The notes below the pieces were generated by a model that made no database searches, was not told the DNA's origin, and saw only the letters and a list, made by a program, of their open reading frames with translations. A stretch of 64,000 nucleotides of DNA from Isurus oxyrinchus (lineage: Eukaryota). The stretch is from NCBI GenBank assembly GCA_026770705.1, contig JANJGN010000838.1, forward strand, positions 1 through 64,000, given 5' to 3'. The position numbers and the translations under genes are program-made. Of the stretch, positions 1-12,434 are shown one piece after another (the stretch's first letter is position 1; every line of letters begins with the position of its first letter).

Positions 1-714
1 GCAGTGAGGTACAGACCCAGAACATCTGTTTTTTTTTTTAATGATGTTGGTTTAGGGATAAATATTGGTCCCAGGACACTGGGGATAACTGCCCCACCCG
101 ACTCCATACCCACCCCCTACACTTCACCCAAAAAGTGTCCATGGGGTTTTTGATATCCATCCGAGGTGTCCACTCTGTGCCTGTTCCAGGATCTTGAGGC
201 TCAAGACCCAACATTGGGTTCACTTTGAGCCTATCCAATCGGGCACAGGGACTGTTCCCACAAACTGCCAGGCCCTGACTTAAGGCTATTGTTCCCTCGC
301 GGCATGAGAGTGATGATGGGTTGAAGGTCATCTTTCACCCGAATCCTGTCTTAACAACATTGTAAACGCAGTAGGAAAAATCCCACTGGCCCCTTGTATC
401 TTAACAACATCGTAAACATGACCTAAAGAATCCCCTGGTCACCCCTGAGTGTTTCTAATATTGTAAATACAGTGGATATATTTCCTCCATCTTCTGAGAG
501 GTAAAACTATGACACTAGAGCACTGCCACTGGCAGGAGGGTGTAACTACAGTGTGACATGTTTACATGGGAATGTTACATTACAAACGAAGATACATGAT
601 TGTAAATAATGAAAAGGGCATGTGATAACAGGAAATGGTGCCTTGGAGAATGCAGTTATTCACCAGAGTATGGTATTTCATTTGAAAAACAATATAGAGA
701 AATGTTTTTTATAT

Positions 715-2812
715 TCATTTATGGGATGTGGGTGGCACTGTCTAAGCCAGAATTATTGCCCATCCCTAATGGGCCTTGAGAATGTGGTAGTGAGCTGCCG
801 TCTAGAACTGTTGTAGTCCATGTTGGGTAGGTACACCCACAGTGCTGTTAGGGAGGGAATTGCAGGATTTGGACCCAGTGACAGTGAAGGAACGGCCGAT
901 ATATTTCCAAGTCAGGATGGTGAGTGACTTGGAGGGTAACTTCCAGGTGGTGGTGTTACCATGTATCTGCTGACCTGTACTTTGAGATGGTACTGGTCGT
1001 GTGTTTGAAGGTGCTGCCTAAGGAGTTTTGGTGAGTTCCTGCAGTGCACCTTGTAGCTGGTACACACTGCTGCTACTGTGTGTCGCTTGTGCAGAGAGTG
1101 AATGTTTGTGGATGGGGAGCCGAACTAGTGGGGCTGCTTTGTCCTGAGTGGTGTTGAGTTTATTGAATCTTGTTGGAGCTGCACTCATCCAGGCAAGTGG
1201 AGAGTCTTCCATCACACTCCTGACCTGTGCCTTGAAGACGGTGGACAGGTTTTGGGGAGTCTGGAGTGAGTTACTCACTGCATGATTCCCAGCCTCTGAC
1301 CTGCTCTTGAAACCACAGTATTTTTATGGCTGGTCCAGTACAATTTCTGGTCAATGGTAACCACCAGGATGTTGATAGTGGGGTATTCAGCAGTGGTAAT
1401 GTCATTGAACATCAAGGAGCGATGGTTAGATTCTCTCTTATTGGAGATGGTCATTGCCTGACACTTGTCAGCCCAAGCCTGGATATTGTCCAGGTCTTGC
1501 TGCATTTGGACAAGGACTGCCTCAGTATCTGAGGAGACGTGAATGGTGCTGAACATTGTGCAATCATCAGTGAACATCCACACTTCTGTCCTTATGATGG
1601 AAGGAAGGTCATTGATGAAGCAGCTGAAAGTGGTTGCGCCTTGGACACTACCCTGAGGAACTCCTGCAGTGATGTCCTGGAACTGGGATGATTGACCTCC
1701 AACATCCACAACTATCTTCCTTTGTGCTGGGTATGGCTCCAACCAGTGGAGAGTTTTCCCTCTGTTATGATGTGGTAGATGATGTGTGCCAGGGGACCAA
1801 ATCCACAAGGGAAACTTGGTCACACTATCACAACGGTTTTGCAATTTGTATTTATTATGAGATGTGTGCACTGAATTCAGGAGTAATGTGTCAACCAAGA
1901 CATTTAGAGATCTTAAAAATTAAATTTTAATATTTATTTAAGATTTAAAGCACACACATAAGGATACGGTTACTATTATAACAAATCCTAAACTTCCTAA
2001 TTAACCTTGAAGATGGTGGACAGGCATTGGGAAGTCTGGAAGTGAGCAGTAAAACTCCTTTTAGGCAATAAACCAAAATAGATTTCAGATTTAAAAACAA
2101 AACCAGCAAGTTAACACAAAACACACTTGAGAGTGGATTTCCAAATGGCTTTCTCGAACGACAGTCACTGAACATAACAGACCTATGGACAAATGCCTGG
2201 AGGCTTCTTCAAGGCTGATTCACACACTCTTGTTAGATTTTACATGGTCCCCAAAATAGCCTTTCATTCTCCTTTGTTGATGTTTCTCTCTCTTTGATAT
2301 GTAAATTTCATTGTTCCAAATGTCTTGGGAATTATACTTTTCCCATAATATAAAAACTTTCATGTTGCCAATGTTGTCAATAACCTTTGGGGAAAAATAA
2401 ACACACTCCTTTGCCTTGCATATCGGCCTCATTGTAAACAGACCAACAGCCCTTTGAAATCCAAACAATCCCGTCACTAATCTAAAAATGCAAATTCCCT
2501 TTCTCACCTCACATGCAAAGGAAGCCTCCATGTTCACTCATTAGCATTTCAAGTACATTTCTACACCTAGCTTCTTCTGATAATCTCAAACTTGCAGTCT
2601 ACCTGACTCCAGATGTAATTAAGCCACACAGACAGACCCATCTACACTCACACCCATAAACCTAGTTTACAACAAAACAGGAAAATATTATGCAAATTAT
2701 TATAATTTCATACCACCCCTGATCACATTGACTCCAGTTTTACTCGGGATCCTAGGTGCCACATTCGGTCAAATGCAGCCTTGATGTAAAAGGCAGTCAC
2801 TCTCACCTCACC
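715..2812 (-). mobile_element. Degraded non-LTR retrotransposon (CR1/L2 group) with RT remnant and 3' tail, split by an insertion at 1763-2715
   Basis: ORF 1275-1898 contains GVPQGSV...FINDL...MFTDDCT RT motifs. Element sequence appears to resume at ~2716. Confidence 0.8.
1763..2715 (-). mobile_element. Solo-LTR-like insertion
   Basis: Ends TGTTATGA...TCATACCA, interrupts a LINE, and resembles the 3751-4683 element in the opposite orientation. Confidence 0.6.
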
Positions 2813-3004
2813 TTGTATTAACAGAAGTAAAATTACACATAATACAAAAGCTTCTCACAATCTTTTACAGCATGGAAAAAGGTGCAGCATTCAGAAAGCT
2901 CACTCAGAACCAATAAAAAAAGTTGAGCAACATCATATTTGTGTTCATTACTATTTGGCCATGTTGGCTGCACACACTCCACAGCCCCGCTCCCTGTTTC
3001 ACAC

Positions 3005-3253
3005 TCAATTTTTCTGGAACCTGATCTGTGTGTATTCTGTGTCCTCGCTCCTGTGCACAGTCCTGTCACCGCTGGGCAGCTTTGAAAAGTTGATGTTGGC
3101 GTAGAAAAGCTCGCCTGGTTTGTCGGGGTTCCCATGTCCAACATCGCCTCCCACTGCATCTTCAGAGAGACCCCGGGGAGCTGGGGTCTCCCCCTCGCTA
3201 GTTGCGTCTCTCTTTGTGTTCTGGGGCTCAGTAATCAGCACGTTCTGTTCATC
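3005..3253 (-). CDS. Tail cassette 4 terminal exon DEQN...GELFYANINF...TEYTQIRFQKN* (ITIM-like plus ITSM-like)
   Basis: Intact acceptor, 249 nt open. LFYANI and TEYTQI parallel the CD33 motifs LHYASL and TEYSEV. Confidence 0.8.
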   Translation of the reverse strand, partial: DEQNVLITEPQNTKRDATSEGETPAPRGLSEDAVGGDVGHGNPDKPGELFYANINFSKLPSGDRTVHRSEDTEYTQIRFQKN

Positions 3254-3750
3254 CTACAGAGAAATGGAAACAGAAGACATCCTCACATCAATTACTGTTA
3301 CTGATAGGGTTAAATTATTGTGCAGACTCATTTAATTCTCTCTCTCCTATCGGATAAAAGAAACCACCAATGGCAGTGCAGCACTCCCTCAGTACTGACC
3401 CTCCAACAGTGCAGCACTCCCTCAGTCCTGACCCTCTGACAATACAGCGCTCCCTCAGTACTGACCCATCGACAGTGCAGCACTCCCTCAGTACTGACCC
3501 TCTGTCAGTGCAGCACTCCCTCAGTACTGACCCTCCAACAGTGCAGCACTCCCTCAGTACTGACCCTCCAACAGTGCAGCACTCCCTCAGTACTGACCCT
3601 CTGTCAGTCTCACACTCAATCGGTAATGGCTCTGGTGAGTGACGGCTTGTATGCTGCACACAGGTGCCTGGTGTGAGGCTCAATAACATGAACCTTGTAA
3701 TCAGAGAGAGGATTAGAGAGAGAGATAGAGATGAAGGGACAGAGACAGAG

Positions 3751-4683
3751 TGTTATGAATCTATTAATGTATGTAATGTAATTGCAAACTGTCTTTTTAA
3801 ACAGAGGTTTAGTCTGTGTGTGTGCCTGTGTGTATTTTAATTGGATTAAAGACAGCCAGTCTGGGTGCTTTGATGTATAGTAGTTTTGAGATGTAAACAA
3901 AGAGGTAAAGTGGTAATTTGCATTTTTAAATAACACATTCAAAGCCTGAGAGTGAAATCTTAAACCAATCAACGTTTATATTACTAATAAAATTGATACG
4001 ATGAAAGGGGATTTATTATTGGAAGAGATGGAGTTCAAAGGTCCTGATGATACAATGCGAATTTACCTTCAAACAGAAGCCATAAGACCATCAGACATAG
4101 GAGGAGAAATTAGACCATTCGGTCCATCGAGTCTGCTCCACCATTCATACATGGCTGATAAGTTTCACAAACCCCATTCTCCCACCTTCTCTCCTAACCT
4201 TTGATCCCCTGACCAATCAAGAGCGTATCAATCTCCGTCTTCTTTACACTCAAGAGCTGGGTATAACTTGAGCAGTTTTGTGTGTGCAGAGCAGACGCTT
4301 GTAACAGCAAAGCAGCTGTAAGCCTACACCTGTCTGCAAAAAAACCAAAGTGAAAGGAACCTCATTTGGAATTTGTGAGGTGAAAATGCTTTGCCTGGTG
4401 TCTGCTTAAAGACAATGGGTTGTCTTAGAGGAGATTAGTTTGAGAATTTGTTAAAAATTTATGATAATACTAGTTTGTAGCCATGTGCATATGTTTAACT
4501 TGTGTAAATTAATAAATGTCTCAAGTAGTTTGATATAAAACCATCTCGAGAACTGGTGGTCTTATTCCTGAATTTAGAGATGCATCTCAAACATTCCACT
4601 GGGAAATATAGGTTATGACAGTTGTTTAAAGTTTCCCTCTGGGATTTTAAACAACAGCCTTTACCAGTTGCTGTGTCATAACA
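3751..4683 (+). mobile_element. Solo-LTR-like element (copies at 6836-7769, 9854-10787, 12946-13699)
   Basis: Inverted termini TGTTATGA...TCATAACA and an internal AATAAA. A CR1-tail fragment is nested at ~4073-4250 in three of the four copies. Confidence 0.65.
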
Positions 4684-4818
4684 GAGAGACAGCATGATAC
4701 TGAACCATTGCTGACTCCACAGATACAAATCAGTGGGTAACTGGGCTGGGAATCTGGGACATGTGTTGTCTACACACTGAGATTGAAGCTTTGGAGTGAG
4801 TGTAAACAGCTCCTGTAC

Positions 4819-4900
4819 CTGGTGTTTCACAGAGAGTGAACTGGGGGTCAATGCAATGTCACTGGTCCCTGAAACTCTCTCCTCCATCGCTGTCTTTCTC
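4819..4900 (-). CDS. Tail cassette 4 juxtamembrane exon RKTAMEERVSGTSDIALTPSSLSVKHQ
   Basis: Intact AG and GT sites, 82 nt, open frame. Confidence 0.7.
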
Positions 4901-5042
4901 CTGCAATAACACAATATCACACTGTGGTTATCATATAGCAGCGAGTCAGTGCAGCACAGACACAGAGTCCTCTGTAACCTTACACCGACAACTGGACTGT
5001 CTCTTTAAATCAGTTCTGCACAAAGCACAGAATCAAGAAACT

Positions 5043-5485
5043 TGACACCATCCAGGACAAAGCAGCCCGATTGATCTACACCCCATCCACCACATTAAAC
5101 GTTCACTCCCTCCACCACGAACACACAGTGGCAGCAGTGTGTGTACCATCTACAAGATGCACTGCAGCAACTCAGCAAGGCTCCTTCAACAGCACCTTCT
5201 AAACCCACGACCTCTACCATCTAGAAGGACAAGGGCAGCAGACACATGGGAACACCACCACCTGGAAGTTCCCCTCCAAGTCACTCAGCATCCTGACTTG
5301 GAAATATATCACCGTTCCTTCACTGTCGCTGGGTCAAAATCCTGGAACTCCCTCTCTAAAATCACTTTGGGTGTACCTACGCCACATGGACTGCAGCGGG
5401 TCAAGAAGGCAGCTCACCACCACCTTCTCAAGGGCAATTAGGGATGGGCATTAACGCTGACATCACCAGTGACAGCCACATTCGA
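5043..5485 (+). mobile_element. LINE 3'-end fragment (copies ~8129-8571, 11147-11589, 14059-14510)
   Basis: Similar to the reverse complement of ~760-1170 (TIYKMHCSNS...FTVAGSKSWNSL). Confidence 0.75.
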
Positions 5486-5517
5486 TGAAAGAATTAAAAA
5501 TCTCACAGCTCAATGTA

Positions 5518-5523
5518 TTTATT
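5518..5523 (-). terminator. Candidate poly(A) signal AATAAA, tail cassette 3
   Basis: tttatt on the + strand, ~535 nt downstream of the stop. Confidence 0.45.
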
Positions 5524-6056
5524 GTGATCCTGCTGCACACACGCCCTGTCGAAGGAGCCTTTGTGGTTCCATTGTTAATCGAAGCAGATCAGAGTTACTA
5601 CAACTACTTGCATTTATATAGCACCTTCAATGTAGCAAAATGTCCCAAGGCTCATCCGGGGCTTGTTAGTGACATCTTCACCTGACTCTGAGGCACATGA
5701 GGAGATATTAGGGACAGGAGACCAACAGCTGAGTCAACAAAGTCAGTTATTAACGGGCATCTTAAAGGAGGAGCTGGAGATAGAGAATGAGAGACAGACA
5801 CAGAAAGAAAGACAGAGAGAGGGAGAGAGAGAGAGAGACAGAGAGACAGAGAGAGACAGTGAATCTCGGTCCCCAATGGCTCAGCATCCAGTCCTCTCTG
5901 GAGAAGCATTTCATTCCAAACCACACCAATCGCAGCCCAATTCCATCCCTTCCTCCCTCTCTCCCCCTGTCCCCCGGTGGGTTGCTTCCTGTTCCCAGGA
6001 ATCTCAATCCCTACCCCCACACCCACACCTCCTCACTCCCATTCCCCATTTCTCAT

Positions 6057-6305
6057 TCAGTTATGCTCGAACCTGATCTGTGCGTATTCCGTCTCCTCTT
6101 CCCTGTGGACAGACCCATCACCACTGGACATCCTCAAGACTTGGGGATTGGCGTAGAGAAACTCTTCAGGTTTGTCGGGGTTCCCATGTCCAACATCGGC
6201 TCCCACTGCATCTTCAGAGAGACCCCGGGGAGCTGGGGTCTCCCCCTCGCCAGTTGCGTCTCTCTTTGTGTTCTGGGGCTCAGTAATCAGCACGTTCTGT
6301 TCATC
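6057..6305 (-). CDS. Tail cassette 3 terminal exon DEQN...EEFLYANPQV...TEYAQIRFEHN*
   Basis: Intact acceptor, 249 nt open. Confidence 0.7.
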   Translation of the reverse strand, partial: DEQNVLITEPQNTKRDATGEGETPAPRGLSEDAVGADVGHGNPDKPEEFLYANPQVLRMSSGDGSVHREEETEYAQIRFEHN

Positions 6306-7904
6306 CTACAGAGAAATGGAAACAGAAGACATCCTCACATCATTTACTGGTACTGATAGGGTTAAATTATTGTGCAGACTCATTTAATTCTCTCTCTCCT
6401 ATCGGATAAAAGAAACCACCTATGGCAGTGCAGCACTCCCTCAGTACTGACCCTCCAACAGTGCAGCACTCCCTCAGTGCTGACCCTCCGACAATACAGC
6501 GCTCCCTCAGTACTGACCCATCGACAGTGCAGCGCTCCCTCAGTACTGACCCTCTGTCAGTGCAGCACTCCCTCAGTACTGACCCTCCAACAGTGCAGCA
6601 CTCCGTCAGTACTGACCCTCTGTCAGTGCAGCACTCCCTCAGTACTGACCCTCCAACAGTGCAGCACTCCCTCAGTACTGACCCTCTGTCAGTCTCGCAC
6701 TCAATCGGTAATGGCTCTGGTGAGTGACGGCTTGGATTCTGCACACAGGTGCCTGGTGTGAGGCTCAATAACATGAACCTTGTAATCAGAGAGAGGATTA
6801 GAGAGAAAGATAGAGATGAAGGGACAGAGACAGAGTGTTATGAATCTATTAATGTATGTAATGTAATTGCAAACTGTCTTTTTAAACAGAGGTTTAGTCT
6901 GTGTGTGTGCCTGTGTGTATTTTAATTGGATTAAAGACAGCCAGTCTGGGTGCTTTGATGTATAGTAGTTTTGAGATGTAAACAAAGAGGTAAAGTGGTA
7001 ATTTGCATTTTTAAATAACACATTCAAAGCCTGAGAGTGAAATCTTAAACCAATCAACGTTTATATTACTAATAAAATTGATACGATGAAAGGGGATTTA
7101 TTATTGGAAGAGATGGAGTTCAAAGGTCCTGATGATACATTGCGAATTTACCTTCAAACAGAAGCCATAAGACCATAAGACATAGGATGAGAAATTAGAC
7201 CATTCGGTCCATCGAGTCTGCTCCACCATTCATACATGGCTGATATGTTTCACAAACCCCATTCTCCCACCTTCTCTCCTAACCTTTGATCCCCTGACCA
7301 ATCAAGAGCGTATCAATCTCCGTCTTCTTTACACTCAAGAGCTGGGTATAACTTGAGCAGTTTTGTGTGTGCAGAGCAGACGCTTGTAACAGCAAAGCAG
7401 CTGTAAGCCTACACTTGTCTGCAAAGGAACCAAAGTGAAAGGAACCTCATTTGGAATTTGTGAGGTGAAAATGCTTTGCCTGGGTGTCTGCTTAAAGACA
7501 ATGGGTTGTCTTAGAGGAGATTAGTTTGAGAATTTGTTAAAAATTTATGATAATACTAGTTTGTAGCCATGTGCATATGTTTAACTTGTGTAAATTAATA
7601 AATGTCTCAAGTAGTTTGATATAAAACCATCTCAAGAACTGGTGGTCTTATTCCTGAATTTAGAGATGCATCTCAAACATTCCACTGGGAAATATAGGTT
7701 ATGACAGTTGTTTAAAGTTTCCCTCTGGGATTTTAAACAACAGCCTTTACCAGTTGCTGTGTCATAACAGAGAGACTGCATGATACTGAACCATTGCTGA
7801 CTGCACAGGTACAAATCAGTGGGTAACTGGGCTGGGAATCTGGGACACGTGTTGTCGACACACTGAGATTGAAGCTTTGGAGTGAGTGTAAACAGCTCCT
7901 GTAC

Positions 7905-7986
7905 CTGGTGTTTCACAGAGAGTGGACTGGGGGTCAATGCAATGTCTCTGGTCCCTGAAACTCTCTCCTCCATCGCTGTCTTTCTC
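7905..7986 (-). CDS. Tail cassette 3 juxtamembrane exon RKTAMEERVSGTRDIALTPSPLSVKHQ
   Basis: Intact AG and GT sites, 82 nt, open frame. Confidence 0.7.
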
Positions 7987-8603
7987 CTGCAATAACACAA
8001 TATCACACTGTGGTTATCATATAGCAGAGAGTCAGTGCAGCACAGACACAGAGCCCACTGAAACCTTACACCGACAACTGGACTGTCTCTTTAAATCAGT
8101 TCTGCACAAAGCACAGAATCAAGAAGCTTGACACCATCCAGGACAAAGCAGCCCGATTGATCGACACCCCATCCCCCACATTAAACATTCACTCCCTTCA
8201 CCATGAACACACAGTGGCAGCAGTGTGTGTACCATCTACAAGATGCACTGCAGCAACTCAGCAAGGCTCCTTCAACAGCACCTTTCAAACCCACGACCTC
8301 TACCATCTAGAAGGACAAGGGCAGCAGACACATGGGAACACCACCACCTGGAAGTTCCCCTCCAAGTCACTCACCATTCTGACTTGGAAATATATCAACG
8401 TTCCTTCACTGTCGCTGGGTCAGAATCCTGGAACTCCCTCTCTAACAGCACTTTGGGTGTACCTACACCACATGGACCGCAGTGGGTCAAGAAGGCAGCT
8501 CACCACCACCTTCTCAAGGGCAATTAGGGATGGGCATTAACGCTGACGTCACCAGTGACAGCCACATTCGATGAAAGAATTAAAAATCTCACAGCTCAAT
8601 GTA

Positions 8604-8609
8604 TTTATT
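8604..8609 (-). terminator. Candidate poly(A) signal AATAAA, tail cassette 2
   Basis: tttatt on the + strand at the homologous position. Confidence 0.45.
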
Positions 8610-8874
8610 GTGACCCTGCTGCACACACGCCCTGTCGAAGGAGCCTTTGTGGTTCGATTGTTAATCGAAGCAGATCAGAGTTACTACAACTACTTGCATT
8701 TATATAGCACCTTCAATGTAGCAAAATGTCCCAAGGCTCATCCGGGGATTGTTAGTGACATCTTCACCTGACTCTGAGGCACATGAGGAGATATTAGGGA
8801 CAGGAGACCAACAGCTGAGTCAACAAAGTCAGTTATTAACGGGCATCTTAAAGGAGGAGCTGGAGATAGGGAAT

Positions 8875-8935
8875 GAGAGACAGACACAGAAAGAAAGACA
8901 GAGACAGGGCGAGAGAGAGAGAGAGAGAGGGAGAG

Positions 8936-8977
<42 letters not shown>
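8875..8977. repeat. (GA)n-rich microsatellite in tail 3' UTR (also ~5785-5857, 11893-11987)
   Basis: Directly visible; length differs between units. Confidence 0.9.
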
Positions 8978-8979
<2 letters not shown>

Positions 8980-9176
8980 TGAATCTCGGTCCCCAATGGC
9001 TCAGCATCCAGTCCTCTCTGGAGAAGCATTTCATTCCAAACCACACCAACCGCAGCCTAATTCCATCCCTTCCTCCCTCTCTCTCCCTCTCCCCCAGTGG
9101 GTTGTTTCCTGTTCCCAGGAATCTCAATCACTACCCCCACCCTGATACCTCTTCACTCACTCTCCCCATTTCTCAT

Positions 9177-9425
9177 TCAGTTATGCTCGAACCTGATCTG
9201 TGCGTATTCCGTCTCCTCTTCCCTGTGGACAGACCCATCACCACTGGACATCCTCAAGACTTGGGGATTGGCGTAGAGAAAATCTTCAGGTTTGTCGGGG
9301 TTCCCATGTCCAACATCGCCTCCCACTGGACCTTCAGAGAGACCCCGGGGAGCTGGGGTCTCCCCCTCACTAGTTGTATCTCTGGTTGTGTTCCGGGGCT
9401 CAGTAATCAGCACGTTCTGTTTACC
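9177..9425 (-). CDS. Tail cassette 2 terminal exon GKQN...EDFLYANPQV...TEYAQIRFEHN*
   Basis: Intact acceptor, 249 nt open. Confidence 0.7.
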   Translation of the reverse strand, partial: GKQNVLITEPRNTTRDTTSEGETPAPRGLSEGPVGGDVGHGNPDKPEDFLYANPQVLRMSSGDGSVHREEETEYAQIRFEHN

Positions 9426-10922
9426 CTACAGAGAAATGGAAACAGAAGACATCCTCACATCATTTACTGGCACTGATAGGGTTAAATTATTGTGCAGACT
9501 CGTTTAATTCTCTCTCTCCTATCGGATAAAAGAAACCACCTATGGCAGTGCAGCACTCCCTCAGTACTGACCCTCCAACAGTGCAGCACTCCCTCAGTGC
9601 TGACCCTCCGACAATACAGCGCTCCCTCAGTACTGACCCTCCGACAGTTCAACATTCCCTCAGTACTGTCCCTCCGACAGTGCAGCACTCCCTCAGTACT
9701 GACCCTCTGTCAGTCTCGCACTCCCTCGGTAATGGCTCTGGTGAGTGACGGCTTGGATGCTGCACACAGGTGCCTGACGTGAGGCTCATTAACAAGAACC
9801 TTGTAATCAGAGAGAGGATGAGAGAGAGGGATAGAGGAGGGAGAGAGACAGAGTGTTATTAATCTATTAATGTTTGTATTGTAATTGCAAACTGTCTTTT
9901 TAAACAGAGGTTTAGTCTGTGTGTGTGTCTGTGTGTATTTTAATTGGATTAAAGCCAGCCAGTCTGGGTGCTTTGATGTATAGTAGTTTTGAGATGTAAA
10001 CAAAGAGGTAAAGTGGTAATTTGCATTTTTAAATAAAACATTCAAAGTCTGAGAGTGAAATCTTAAACCAATCAACGTTTATATTACTAATAAAATTGAT
10101 ACGATGAAAGGGGATTTATTATTGGAAGAGATGGAGTTCAAAGGTCCTGATGATACATTACGAATTTACCTTCAAACAGAAGCCATAAGACCATAAGACA
10201 TAGGAGGAGAAATTAGACCATTCGGTCCATCGAGTCTGCTCCACCATTCATACATGGCTGATATGTTTCACAAACCCCATTCTCCCACCTTCTCTCCTAA
10301 CCTTTGATCCCCTGACCAATCAAGAGCCCATCAATCTCCGTCTTCTTTACACTCAAGAGCTGGGTATAACTTGAGCAGTTTTGTGTGTGCAGAGCAGATG
10401 CTTGTAACTTCAAAGCAGCTGTAAGCCTATACTTGTCTGCAAAGGAACCAAAGTGAAAGGAACCTCATTTGGAATTTGTGAGGTGAAAATGCTTTGCCGG
10501 GGTGTCTGCTTAAAGTCTATGGGTTGTCTTAGAGGAGATTAGTTTGAGAATTGGTTAAAAATTTATGATAATACTAGTTTGTAGCCATGTGCATATGTTT
10601 AACTTGTGTAAATTAATAAATGTCTCATGTAGTTTGATATAAAACCATCTCGAGAACTGGTGGTCTTATTCCTGAATTTAGAGATGCATCTCAAACATTC
10701 CACTGGGAAATATAGGTTATGACAGTTGTTTAAAGTTTCCCTCTGGGATTTTAAACAACAGCCTTTACCAGTTGCTGTGTCATAACAGAGAGACTGCATG
10801 ATACTGAACCATTGCTGACTCCACAGGTACAAATCAGTGGGTAACTGGGCTGGGAATCTGGTACACGTGTTGTCTACACACTGAGATTGAAGCTTTGGAG
10901 TGAGTGTAAACAGCTCCTGTAC

Positions 10923-11004
10923 CTGGTGCTTCACAGAGAGTGAACTGGGGGTCAATGCAATGTCACTGGTCCCTGAAACTCTCTCCTCCATCGCTGTCTT
11001 TCTC
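10923..11004 (-). CDS. Tail cassette 2 juxtamembrane exon RKTAMEERVSGTSDIALTPSSLSVKHQ
   Basis: Intact AG and GT sites, 82 nt, open frame. Confidence 0.7.
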
Positions 11005-11621
11005 CTGCAATAACACAATATCACACTGTGGTTATCATATAGCAGAGAGTCAGTGCAGCACAGACACAGAGCCCACTGAAACCTTACACCGACAACTGGA
11101 CTGTCTCTTTAAATCAGTTCTGCACAAAGCACAGAATCAAGAATCTCGACACCATCCACAACAAAGCAGCCCGATTGATCGACACCCCATCCACCACATT
11201 AAACATTCACTCCCTCCACCATGAACACACAGTGGCAGCAGTGTGTGTACCATCTACAAGATGCACTGCAGCAACTCAGCAAGGATCCTTCAACAGCACC
11301 TTCCAAACCCACGACCTCTACCATCTAGAAGGACAAGGGCAGCAGACACATGGGAACACCACCACCTGGAAGTTCCCCTCCAAGTCACTCACCATCCTGA
11401 CTTGGAAATATATCACCGTTCCTTCACTGTCGCTGGGTCAAGATCCTGGAACTCCCTCTCTAACAGCACTGTGGGTGTACCTACACCACATGGACCGCAG
11501 CGGGTCAAGGAGGCAGCTCACCACCACCTTCTCAAGGGCAATTAGGGATGGGCATTAACGCTGACATCACCAGTGACAGCCACATTCGATGAAAGAATTA
11601 AAAATCTCACATCTCAATGTA

Positions 11622-11627
11622 TTTACT
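11622..11627 (-). terminator. Candidate variant poly(A) signal AGTAAA, tail cassette 1
   Basis: tttact on the + strand at the homologous position. Confidence 0.35.
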
Positions 11628-11953
11628 GTGACCCTGCTGCACACACGCCCTGTCGAAGGAACCTTTGTGGTTCCATTGTTAATCGAAGCAGATCAGTGTT
11701 ACTACAACTACTTGCATTTATATAGCACCTTCAATGTAGCAAAATGTCCCAAGGCTCATCCGGGGCTTGTTAGTGACATCTTCACCTGACTCTGAGGCAC
11801 ATGAGGAGATATTAGGGACAGGAGACCAACAGCTGAGTCAACAAAGTCAGTTATTAACGGGCATCTTAAAGGAGGAGCTGGAGATAGGGAATGAGAGACA
11901 GACACAGAAAGAAAGACAGAGACAGGGAGAGAGAGAGAGAGAGAGAGAGGGAC

Positions 11954-11989
<36 letters not shown>

Positions 11990-12185
11990 TGAATCTCTAT
12001 CCCCAATGGCTCAGCATCCAGTCATCTCTGGAGAAGCATTTCATTCCAAACCACACCAACCGCAGCCCAATTCCATCCCTTCCTCCCTCTCCCCCCTCTC
12101 CCCCAGTGGGTTGTTTCCTGTTCCCAGGAATCTCAATCACTACCCCCACCCTGATACCTCCTCACTCACTCTCCCCATTTCTCAT

Positions 12186-12434
12186 TCAGTTATGCTCGAA
12201 CCTGATCTGTGCGTATTCCGTCTCCTCTTCTCTGTGGACAGACCCATCACCACTGGACATCCTCAAGACTTGGGGATTGGCGTAGAGAAACTCTTCAGGT
12301 TTGTCAGGGTTCCCATGTCCAACATCGCCTCCCACTGCATCTTCAGAGAGACCCCGGGGAGCTGGGGTCTCCCCCTCGCCAGTTGCGTCTCTCTTTGTGT
12401 TCTGGGGCTCAGTAATCAGCACGTTCTGTTTACC
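12186..12434 (-). CDS. Tail cassette 1 terminal exon GKQN...EEFLYANPQV...TEYAQIRFEHN*
   Basis: tttctctgtag acceptor, phase 0, 249 nt to stop, two Tyr motifs placed as in CD33-related Siglecs. Confidence 0.85.
   Translation of the reverse strand, partial: GKQNVLITEPQNTKRDATGEGETPAPRGLSEDAVGGDVGHGNPDKPEEFLYANPQVLRMSSGDGSVHREEETEYAQIRFEHN

Noticed and set aside
4495-4920. 141-aa ORF MILCYCRRKTAMEE... and its copies
   Set aside because: Only the 82-nt exon is plausibly coding; the rest is intron and LTR read-through.
5663-6356. ER-rich and SL-rich ORFs
   Set aside because: Translations of (GA)n microsatellite and SINE remnants in the 3' UTR.
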